Source of the DNA: Vicinamibacterales bacterium
GTDB lineage: Bacteria > Acidobacteriota > Vicinamibacteria > Vicinamibacterales > JAMQPK01
Assembly (NCBI GenBank): GCA_963850725.1
Contig: CAWKMQ010000031.1
Coordinates: forward strand, 4,221-68,220
Direction of reading: 5' to 3'
DNA: 64,000 nt
Shown: in pieces, positions 55,243-64,000 of the stretch
Layout: every line of letters begins with the position of its first letter
How positions within the stretch are numbered: the first letter of the stretch is position 1
Translations under genes and position numbers: made by a program
Notes under the pieces: model-generated
Database searches by the model: none
What the model saw: only the letters and a program-made list of their open reading frames with translations
Told to the model about the DNA's origin: nothing

Positions 55243-55640
55243 TATAGTTGGCCACGCTCCTCTGCAACAGCGTCGTGGGATCGTCCTTCAGCGGCTGGAG
55301 CGCGAGCACGCGCTCCGGGTGCTGGTCGCGTCGGGCGACCCGCTGCGCGCCAGGGCAGCCGCAGGCGTGTGCCCTCGACCACGGGACGCAGGACGTCCGC
55401 GTTGGCGTCTTCTGCTCCACGCGTGAAGGACGGCCATGCGCGCGCCGGATCGCGCGCGATGTACGGCCGCATGCTCGACTCGGCACTGAAGCGCTTGGTC
55501 AGCTCTATCGCGCGCGGCAGGCGACAGGTCGAAGGGTCTGGGCGACGCCGAGCTCGCCACACTGCGCCGGCTGTGCCAGCGCATCACCCCTTGAGGTTTT
55601 GACGCCGAATATGTGTTCTGAACACACAAAGGAGTCCGCG

Positions 55641-56425
55641 ATGTTGAAGATGCAAGCCCTTCTCGCTCTGGCCGCGATGCTCGCCGGTGCCTGCACCGGC
55701 ACCGCGTCGAGACCGCTCACGCCTCCCGGGCGCGAGCGCCTTCGAACTGTCCAGGAAACGCCCGCCTCGGCCGGTGCTCAGATCTATGAAGGCCGCGTCT
55801 TCGCGCTCGACGGTCGGGCGGAACTGCTCTTCCGCTACGAGCGGCGCGTGCAAAACCACGAGGACACTCTGACCTCGACGCACATCACCCGCGATCCTTC
55901 AGGCGCGGTTGTTGTCGTGCAGAGCGCTGCGCACTCGTCCGACTATGGACTGATAACCGCGGAGATGATTCACGGCCAGACCGGCGTATCGGCCTCGGTC
56001 GCCGTTTCGAACGGACGGGCAAAGTTCAGGTTACGGGAGGGCGAGAACGAGACGACGGCGGATGAAATCGTTCGCGATCCGGTCGTGGCCGGCCCGACGA
56101 TGTTCGGGTTCATCCTGGCCCACTGGGACCAGTTGAACAACGGCGCAACGATTCCCATCAGGTTCGCGGTCCTCGAGCGCGGCGAGACGATCGGGTTCGT
56201 GCTCGATAAGGCGTCCGATAATGATGGCCGCACGATTATCCGGATGAGACCGTCCAGCATGCTCGTGCGCCTGGCTGTGGCGACGACGTATTTCCAGTTC
56301 GACTCGGTCTCGCGTCAGATCATCGAGTCCACCGGCCGGGTGCCGCCGCTCGAGCGCGTGCATGACGACCTGAGACACTGGATGCACGGGTGCGGTACAC
56401 GTTCGTGGCGCCGGCATTCCAGTAA
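55641..56425 (+). CDS. hypothetical lipoprotein, one frame change near 56365
   Basis: AAAGGAG Shine-Dalgarno plus ATG at 55641. Lipobox LAGAC. A natural-looking end ...LDARVRYTFVAPAFQ-TAA (56423-56425) is followed by a T-run. Confidence 0.6.
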
Positions 56426-56437
56426 TCGCTTTTTTTA

Positions 56438-58294
56438 CTACGGCCTGGCGGTCGACACCCTGAACGCCGCCATCTCCTGCCCGTTGCGCACCAGCAGGAC
56501 GTCGCCGACGAGCACCGGATGGTTCCACGTCTTGCCCTCGAGCGCCGGAACGCGCGCGATCTCCTTGAACTGATCGGGCGTCGCCGAGACGAGCGCCAGC
56601 TCGCCGTCCTCTGACAGAACGAGGAGGACGTTCTCATCGGCCAGGAGCAACAGCTGTCCGTTGCCGTAGCGGCCGCCTTTCCACACCCGCTTGCCGTCCT
56701 CGAGATCGATACACGCCAGAATGCTGCCGTCGAAGCCGAAGGCGTGGCCACGATGGACGACGAAGTCGTTGAAGTACGGCTTCAGCCCGTTGGACGTCCA
56801 CCGCTCTTCCACGCGCCAGCCGCTTGCGCCGTGCGAGATCGAAAGGCGCCGCAGGCCGGCGCCCCCTGTCGCGGCGACCGTGTTCACGAGGATGTCGCCG
56901 TTTGCCAGCAGGGCCGGCTGCACGATGGCGCCGGGCGACCACTCGTGCTCCCAGAGAACGGCGCCGGTTGCAGGGGCCACGCTGATCGCGCCCGGTCCGC
57001 CGAGCAACACAACCTGATCGACGCCGTCGATCGTGGCCCTGTGCGGCGAGCTGTAGCTGCCGCCATACGACGGGCCCTTCCATCGCAGGTTTCCGCTGGC
57101 GGCATCGTAGCCGGCCAACGTGCCCGACGCCGCGACGATCACGACGTCGCCGACGACCAGCGGGGAACTGGAAAAGCCCCAGTCGGGAACGGCGCGGCCG
57201 GTATCGGACGCGACGTTGCGCGACCACACGACCTTGCCACTGCCCGCGTCGAGCGCGTTCAGAATGCCGGTCGCGCCAAATGCGTAGACGCGATCGTGGT
57301 CGAGCGTCGGTGTGGCGCGCGGACCGGCGCCGCCGTTCGACTCCCAGAAGCGGACCCCATCACGGTGCCGCCACACGGGCTGGCCTGTCGAGACCCTGTA
57401 CGCGGCAACGATCTCGTCGTCGCCCCGCTGTTCCTGTGTGTAGAAAAGATCGCCGCGAACGGCGAATGACGACCACCCCGGGCCGATCGGCCGGCGCCAC
57501 ATCTCGACCGGCGGCACGTGCGACCAGTCCTCATCGATCCGCACGCCGTGCACGACGCTGTCACGGGCGAGTCCGCGAAAGCCGGGCCACTCCGCCGGTG
57601 GCTCCGTACCGACGCGGGCGGCAGACTCGATCGCCGCCGCGGACACTGGCGGCGCACTTCGATCCGGGCCGGCGGGCTGCTTCGCGGTTTCCGGCGCGGG
57701 CGGTTCCTTCGCGATCGCCGGCGACATCGTCGACGCCGGCGGCACCACAGGATCATCGTCAGCCGATGCGAGAAGCCGATCCTCGGGCGTCTCCGTCCAC
57801 CGCCAATGAAACTCCGAACCCGGACCGATGAGGCCTGCCGTGCGAACGAGCGTCCACGGCGTGCAGGCCAGCAGAACGGCGGCCACCAGCGACACGCGTC
57901 TGGCGCTATCCGGAAGACGACGCGTAGCAGCGGCCCATGCAACCAGCGCCAGGCTCAAGACCGGGATGGCGTAGAAGTACAGCATCATCCCCATCATGCC
58001 GCCCGCAATCGACTCGTGAACGAGGCGCGATGTCGCGAACAGGGCGAGGGCCATCAGGGCAATCGCGCCCACGCGTTCCAGCCACGGCGCGCGGCTGAAG
58101 AACATCCACCACACCACGATGGCGATGCCACACAGCAGGCCTCCGGCCACCGAGATCAAGTGTCAGGGGAAGCGAGAAGAGCTCGACGTACCGGAGCGAC
58201 GAGAGGAACGACGTACCTGCGCGAGCACCAGCAGAATCGCGATGACCACACCTGGCCACAGACGAAGCGCCGGGCGAAAAGATGCTGTGCTCAC
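56438..58294 (-). CDS. membrane-anchored PQQ-like beta-propeller protein, about 3 frame changes in the first 45 codons
   Basis: ORF 56438..58159 (4 TM helices, then propeller blades such as VYAFGATGILNALDAGSGKVVW). The upstream pieces RPALRLWPGVVIAILLVLAQ, YVVPLVAP and LFSLPL lie in three frames. Candidate GTG start at 58294. Confidence 0.75.
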
Positions 58295-58324
58295 GGCGAT
58301 TCACCGTGTTGCGCTAGCGAGTGT

Positions 58325-59640
58325 TTACTTCGGCGTCAGCTTCAAGAGCTTGCTCGTCGCGGGCGTGTTTGGACTCATCGACGGCGTGCCGCTGTCGGTC
58401 CAGACATAGACGGCGCCGTCGGGGCCAACGCGCACATCACGAATCCGCGTGCGAAGCTCCGTCAGCAACGGCTCTTCACCCACGACCTTGTCGTTCACGA
58501 TCTCCAGCCGGTCGAGCATCGCGCCGCGCAGACCGCCGACAAAGAGGCTGTTCTTCCACTGCGGAAACAGATTGCCGGTGTAGAACGCGAGACCGGACGG
58601 CGCAATCACGGGATCCCAGTAGTAGACCGGATCCACCATGCCGTCTTTGCGCGTGATGCCTTCGCCGATCGGCGGTGCCCGGGTAGTCGATGCCGTGCAC
58701 GACCACCGGCCATCCGTAGTTCTTGCCTTTTTCGATGATGTTCAGCTCGTCGCCGCCGCGCGGGCCGTGATCGACCTGCCACAAGCGGCCGGTTTTCGGA
58801 TCGAACGTCAAGCCTTCCGGGCTCCGCACGCCGTAGGCCCAGATCTCGGGCAACACACCAGGCTGGCCGATGAACGGATTGCCCGGCGCCGGTTTGCCAT
58901 CTGGTGTGATGCGAAGGATTTTCCCGAGATGATTGTCCAGCTTCTGCGCGACGTCCCACGGCGGCGAATCAGACCGATCGCCGGTGGTCATGAACAGGTT
59001 GCCATCGGGCCCAATCGCAATCCGTCCGCCGGTCTTGGCGCCCAGGCGTTTCGACGGCATCGCCGGAATCGAGCGGAAGATGACCTCGACATCGGTCACC
59101 GCGAACTTCGACTCCTCGAGCCGCGCCCGCGCGACGTACGTATTGGTGTCGGTGTTGTCGATGTACTCGAAGAAGCTGAAGAAGATTCGCTGGTTCTTCG
59201 CGAAGTTGGGGTCGAGCACGACGTCGAGCAGGCCGATGTCTTTCGCGCCCGGCGACGCGACCGACCGAGACACCCGCCAGCGGATCGGACAGCTTCCCGC
59301 TCTTGTCGAGAATGCGCATCCGGCCTGGCAGCCGTTCCGTGAGGATGATGTTCCCGCTCGGCAGAAACGCCAGGCTCCACGGCACATTCAGGTTGTCGAT
59401 GAGCGTCGTCACCTTGAAGGGTGCCGTCGGCCGATAGGGAGCGCGCGTCTGCTCGGGAAACGTCGGGGCGTTGTCTTTCTTTTCGGGCGGACGCGAGTCG
59501 ATGGGCTTGCCTTCCACGGTGGACAGCCACGGGAGGCGCGCGGCGCCGCCGTTGCCTGCCTCGGAGGCCGGTGGTGTCTGGCCGGCGGCCGCGACGGGAA
59601 CGAGCATCAGGCAGGCAACGAGACCAAGCGGCCGAATCAT
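58325..59640 (-). pseudogene. PQQ-dependent sugar (glucose/sorbosone) dehydrogenase, two frame changes
   Basis: Signal peptide [64 protein letters not shown] and KGKNYGWP blocks are spread across ORFs 58969..59640, 58476..59387 and 58325..58639. Confidence 0.8.
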
Positions 59641-59700
59641 GCGAAAGCCCTCTCTTTTGGATCCTTATTATATGCGCGTCGGTTCTTCCGTCAGCGTAGT

Positions 59701-59720
59701 GTCCGGCTTCGTAGCCGGAC
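59701..59720. repeat. REP-like hairpin GTCCGGCT-TCGT-AGCCGGAC downstream of the TPR/DUF2914 gene
   Basis: On the minus strand it reads GTCCGGCTACGAAGCCGGACACTACG, matching 34836-34859. Confidence 0.7.
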
Positions 59721-59742
59721 CGTTGAAAGCGTCTGGAAACCG

Positions 59743-60869
59743 CTAGCGGACGATGAAGGTTTCCTGGTGCAGGACGGGGCCGCCCTTCGCTCTCAGCTCG
59801 ACCCGCCAGTTTCCGGGCTTGACCGCGGTACGGCTGTAAGTACGAAAGCCGCCGCGTTCGTTCGCCTGGATGTAGAGCGACACCATCCGGTGGAGTTTGA
59901 TCGCCCCAATACCAGCGGTGCTCGACGGTCAGATTCGCCGGCGACTTGACGCGCGTGTAGAAGAACAACTGGCCGGGATCGATCTCCCGGCTCGCAGGCG
60001 TGCACCGCCACTCGCGAGTGGACAGCTCGGTACACAAACCCGCATCTTCCACCGTCGCGCTGGCCGATGCGGTGGCCGCCGGTTGCACGCGCGGCGATTC
60101 GACCGGGCGCTTGCTCTCGCTCGCGGGCCTGGGAGCGGGTTTCACTTCGGGTTTGGGAGCGGGTTTCACTTCTGGAGCGGGCGGCTCGACCGGCGGCGAT
60201 AGCACCACGTCGCGGGCCGGAGCCGAAGCTGGAGTCTCGGGCGGCAGTGACGGTGCAGGACTCTGCGGAGACTCAACCGAGAGCCGGCTCGGTGCCGCCA
60301 CTTCTGCCAAGCCACACACCGGCGGCAACGATCGCCGCGAGCCCCAACACTGCCAGCACGCCGAACGAACGCGAGCGCGATGGAGTCGCATCGGTCGTCG
60401 TCGGCGCCACTGCGTACGGGCTGGCGTCCGGCAGAGGCAGCGCTCGACGCGCGTCCTCTGCCTTCTCTGCCTTCTCTGCTTTCGGTGCCTTCGCCTCGGG
60501 CACCGCCGGAGCGGACTCGACGCCCGGCACCGGCGTCGGCGGCTCGAACGGGATGCCGCGAGCGTCACAGAAATCCTTGAAGTTTTTTTCGCTCGTCGCG
60601 ACAAACGGGTGATCGGGCGCGAGCGACGTCATCGCAATCGAGTACGCGCGCCGATAGCAGCGTTCCGCGTCGGCCGGCTGGTCGATGGTTTCGTAGACGA
60701 CCGCAAGATTGTTGAGCGTATTGACGAGGTCGGGGTGAAACGGCCCGAGGGTCGCCTCCTGCTGAGACGCCGCGTCGCGCAGGAGCCGTTCGGCCGCGAG
60801 GTAGTCACCCGCGCCCGCGGCCTGTTCTGCCTGTTCGATAACCGAGCGAGGATCGTGTGCGTCTGCCAT
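59743..60869 (-). pseudogene. TPR-repeat, single-TM, Pro/Lys-rich linker, DUF2914-like C-terminal domain protein, two frame changes
   Basis: ORF 60273..60869 (TPR: NTLNNLAVVYETIDQPADAERCYRRAY; TM: FGVLAVLGLAAIVAAGVW). ORF 59096..60604 (linker; CTELSTREWRCT...FFYTRVKSPANLTVEHRWYWGD). The final frame ends ...RVELRAKGGPVLHQETFIVR with a TAG at 59743-59745. Confidence 0.7.
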
Positions 60870-61146
60870 GCTCGTGCATCGCTATTGTAGACACGCATCC
60901 GCACCCAGTGGGATGTGCCATTTTCGGCCATGCAGGGAGACTCGATGCGCTTCGATGTAGCGCAAAGTGCGGGACCAGATTTGCCGTGCGACTGCCGTTC
61001 ACCGGGACGACGCGGGATCGAGCGCATGGGCTATCTCGATGGATCGAAAAGACTTGACAGCTACGGCCGCCGGAGAATAATCGCAGCGGCTCTCTGCGAG
61101 CCGCGAGATGGTCGTGCCGGAGGGCACTCACGAAAGGAGTCGGGAA

Positions 61147-61773
61147 ATGAGGTTCAGGATTTTGACGTGGATCGCCGCCAGCGCGCTCCTCGCGATTGTC
61201 ATGGCATGGCCGGCCGGCGCGCAGGTGACGCCGAGCGCCAACGATAAGGTCGTCATCAACGGTTGGGCGCTCAACATGAGCAACATCGCGACAGGCGCCA
61301 ACCAGACGATCCAGATCATGATCAACAACTGGTCGAGCCCATCGGAACGCCAGCATTTGATTTCGACGTTTCTCGAGAAGAAACAGGACGGCCTGCTCCG
61401 CGAGCTGGAAAAGCAGAAGGAGCTCGGACGATTCAACTTTCCCGGGTACATGGGCCCCGACCCGAACAGCACCATGCGTCTCGGCACCGACATCCGCTAC
61501 GCCATGAATTTCCCCGGCGAGGACGGCGGGCGCCGCATCGTCATCATCACGCCGCGGGTCATCGGCTTCCGCGAAGCCACCAACCGGCCCCGGACCTACG
61601 ACTACCCGTTCACGTTGTTCGAGATGCGGTTCGACAGGTCCGGCAAGGGTGAAGGCCGAATGGCGTACGCGACGCAGATCCTGTTCGACAAGAAGAAGAA
61701 CACGATCGAGATCGAGAACTACTCGAGCGAGCCGGTGCGTCTGAACAACCTGACGCTCGAAGTGAAGAAGTAG
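61147..61773 (+). CDS. secreted hypothetical protein (208 aa)
   Basis: AGGAG Shine-Dalgarno plus ATG at 61147. Signal peptide MRFRILTWIAASALLAIVMAWPAGA. Coding-like and lower GC than its neighbours. Confidence 0.65.
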   Translation: MRFRILTWIAASALLAIVMAWPAGAQVTPSANDKVVINGWALNMSNIATGANQTIQIMINNWSSPSERQHLISTFLEKKQDGLLRELEKQKELGRFNFPGYMGPDPNSTMRLGTDIRYAMNFPGEDGGRRIVIITPRVIGFREATNRPRTYDYPFTLFEMRFDRSGKGEGRMAYATQILFDKKKNTIEIENYSSEPVRLNNLTLEVKK

Positions 61774-62994
61774 GTCAGGCGGCGCGCGCCGGCGGGAACA
61801 CGGACGAAGCGGAAGCCCAGGTGGTTGGTCCCGGTATCTCCTTCGCCCTTGCCACGCGTGCCGACCATGTAGCGCGAGCAATACTGCTCGGTGCAGAGAT
61901 ACGAACCGCCGCGGTGCACGCGCTTCATGACGCCAGGCTCGTCGGGATCGAACGATGCCGCGGGGCCTTGCGGGTTGCGAGCGGTCGTACCCGCCGCGGC
62001 GAGCTGCGCGTAGTAATTGGGCGTGTACCAGTCGCTCGTCCACTCCCACACGTTGCCGGCCACGTCGTAGAGTCCGTACCCATTCGGCGGAAACTGCGCG
62101 ACCGGTCCGACACCCATGTGTGTGTCCTCGCCCGTGTCGCGATCGGGAAAATGACCCTGATGGGTGTTCGCCATCCAGCGTCCTCCCGCTCTCAGCTCGT
62201 TGCCCCATGGATAGACGGCGCCCGTCAGCCCGCCTCTCGCCGCGAATTCCCATTCGGCTTCCGTGGGCAGTCGTTTGCCGGCCCACGCGGCGTATGCCAG
62301 CGCGTCTGCATATGCGACGTGCACCACGGGGTACTGTTCCTTCCCCGCGATCGAGCTCTTGGGTCCCGTCGGATGGCGCCAGCTGGCGCCGTTGGCATAC
62401 GCCCACCACTGAAAGTGATCGTTCAACGGCACGGGGTGATGTGGAGGCGAGAAGATGACCGAGCCCGCCACCAGATTTTCCTTCGGCGCACCCGGAAAAT
62501 CTTCGGCCCTCGGCGTCCGCTCTGCCACGGTGACATAGCCGGTCGCCTTCACGAACGCGGCGAACTGCCGGTTGGTGACCTCCGTTTTGTCCATCCAGAA
62601 ACCGTCGACGTACACGCGATGAATCGGCCGCGAATCGTTCGTGGCACGCATCCCGACGTCGTTCTCGTCGGTGCCGGTCGGATCGGCCGCGCCCATCGAA
62701 AATTCACCGCCAGGTATCCACACCATTCCATCCGGTGCGGGTCCGCTGGGCGTTGCCGAATTGGCGACCGTCGGCAGGAAGACAGCGGTGTTGGAAGGTG
62801 CCACCGATGGCGACGCGGCTGGCGATGGCGAAGCGGCCACCGGCGGCTCCGTCGGTACGGGTGTCCGGTTCATCACCGCGACGACCAGAACCGCGGCGAT
62901 CGGCGACGGCGGCAAAGGCAAGCCACACCCACAGAGGCCGGCCTCGGGAGGGAGCCGGTGGGGACGCGACCTTCCTGTGACGCCGTTTGCTCAT
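61719..62994 (-). CDS. formylglycine-generating enzyme (SUMF1/FGE-sulfatase) family protein, frame change near 62915; 3' end possibly shifted
   Basis: MVWIPGGEFSMG, LPTEAEWEFAARGG, VWEWTSDWY, RGGSY and GFRFV motifs. N-terminus MSKRRHRKVA...LWVWLAF in ORF 62704..62994. The 55-nt convergent overlap with 61147..61773 hints at another indel near 61780. Confidence 0.8.
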
Positions 62995-63065
62995 CGCATG
63001 ACACTCATTGCAGCAAGGAGAATCCTACCTCCCTTTGCCGCTAGAGTAATTTTCACTCGCCGCGC

Positions 63066-64000
63066 TCAGACTTTTTCCGAGTGGAGAGGCAGGGTCACTC
63101 GCGCGTGGCAGCCGCGGCGGCCGTTGCCATTCGAGGCGGTCAGTTCGATGTTCCCGTGGTAACGATTCACGATCGTCTGAGCGATGGCCAGGCCGAGACC
63201 GGTGCCATCGGGCGCGTGCTGACGTGCTCGCGCGCCGCGATAGAAGCGCTCGAACACCCGTGCGGTCTCGGACGCATCGAGGCCGATGCCCTCGTCCACA
63301 ATCTCGACCACCGCGCTCATCCCGTCCTGGCCGGCCCTGGTCGCGTCGAGACACAAGCGCACCTCGCCGCCGGGGATCGAGTATTTCACGGCGTTGTCCA
63401 ACAGGATGAGCAGGAGCCGTCTCAGCGAAACGGCGTCACCGTTGACACGGCACTCGGTCGGCCGGCACGTGCACACCCACCTTGACCGACCGCCGGCGCG
63501 CGGCTTCCGCGACGTCTCTGCATGCGTCCGTGGCGACCTCTCTGAGATCGAGAGGAGAGGTTTCGCGCGGCTCGATGCCGGCATCCGTGCGAGCCAGGAC
63601 GAGCAGATCGTCCACGAGTTCCGACATGTGCCGCGTATGGCCTCCAACCTCGGCCAGAGCCGTTCGATATTCCTCCGGCGCCCGCTCGTGTCGAAGCGCG
63701 AGCTCGGCCGTCGTCCGGATGAGCGACACCGGTGTGCGCAATTCGTGCGAGGCATCGGCGGTGAATCGTACGATGTCGGCGACCGCCGATTCGAGACGCG
63801 CGAGGACGTGATTGAAGGTCGACGCGAGACGCCGGAGCTCATCGTCGGCAGGCGGCAGCTCGAGCCGCTGGTCGAGGTTCTGAACGGTGATGGCCTGCAC
63901 GGCCCGGGTCACCTGATCGACTGGCGCCAGCGCGCGCCGGCTGATCCAGTAGCCGCCCGCGCCGGCCAGCACGATGACCCCCGGCAGCAGCACGAACAAC
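63066..64000 (-). CDS. sensor histidine kinase (HAMP, HisKA, HATPase_c), N-terminus outside window, one frame change near 63480
   Basis: ORF 63436..63999 (HAMP-like region, H-box FTADASHELRTPV) joins ORF 63066..63842 (N-box LLDNAVKYS, G-boxes DEGIGL and GTGLGLAIA). Confidence 0.8.

Noticed and set aside
55243-55640. A 400-bp gap between the MarR gene and the lipoprotein gene, with coding-looking fragments on the minus strand (…AIELTKRFSAESSMRPYIARDP…, …HPERVLALQPLKDDPTTLLQ…).
   Set aside because: The fragments are spread over three frames and match no family I can name. High GC alone produces such open stretches. I left it unannotated, as possibly a relic gene.
60457-60500. The tandem ctctgcc/ttctctgcc repeats resemble the intergenic arrays.
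   Set aside because: They are in frame inside the TPR/DUF2914 gene and encode a Lys/Ala/Glu-rich linker (EAKAPKAEKAEKAED) on the minus strand. This is ordinary low-complexity coding sequence.

Overview
This is a high-GC chromosomal segment (G+C not computed; by eye about two-thirds). Its gene content suggests a soil Acidobacteriota-type genome, but that is inference only. The pointers are the DUF1552/DUF1592 and DUF1501/DUF1800 pairs, PadR followed by an ADOP-like N-terminal peptide, and many secreted LRR and beta-propeller proteins.

I call about 50 protein-coding genes. I saw no rRNA, tRNA, CRISPR, transposase, integrase or phage genes.

Main blocks:
- A tight minus-strand operon LRR-LRR-DUF1592-DUF1552 (4961-11634).
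- A decayed DUF1800-DUF1501 pair (16441-19061).
- A six-gene amino-acid catabolic cluster, probably lysine or omega-amino acids (22287-30803). It starts with a lysine-6-aminotransferase-like enzyme that carries an extra C-terminal domain.
- A two-gene module of a ParA-type ATPase fused to a CBM48-like glycogen-binding domain, plus a PD-(D/E)XK-like protein (38259-39986).
- Several secreted PQQ-like, NHL and SMP-30 propellers.
- Three small regulators (one PadR, two MarR).

Two window-wide signals stand out.
1. Nearly every gap downstream of a stop codon carries a short-unit repeat array. The unit types are GTTCGTNNN/ACGAAC, GGAACCN, CACGGAG, GTAGAAA, GACTCCN and TCAGT. Two loci (3065-3256 and 16270-16435) are built as giant slippery hairpins. 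There are also REP-like GCTGAAGC hairpins, and a 29-nt inverted-repeat cassette that encloses a degraded GxxExxY gene and has an empty copy 15 kb away. I do not recognise the array family as a described element.
2. About 23 genes need one or more frame changes to read through, and these are distributed very unevenly. There are none in the 7 kb of 4961-12198 and at least 8 in the 2.5-kb molybdopterin oxidoreductase gene. I cannot tell sequencing indels from real gene decay using the sequence alone.

A roughly 207-nt element closed by a 35-bp stem with G-U pairs (34609-34816) is a candidate structured RNA or MITE.
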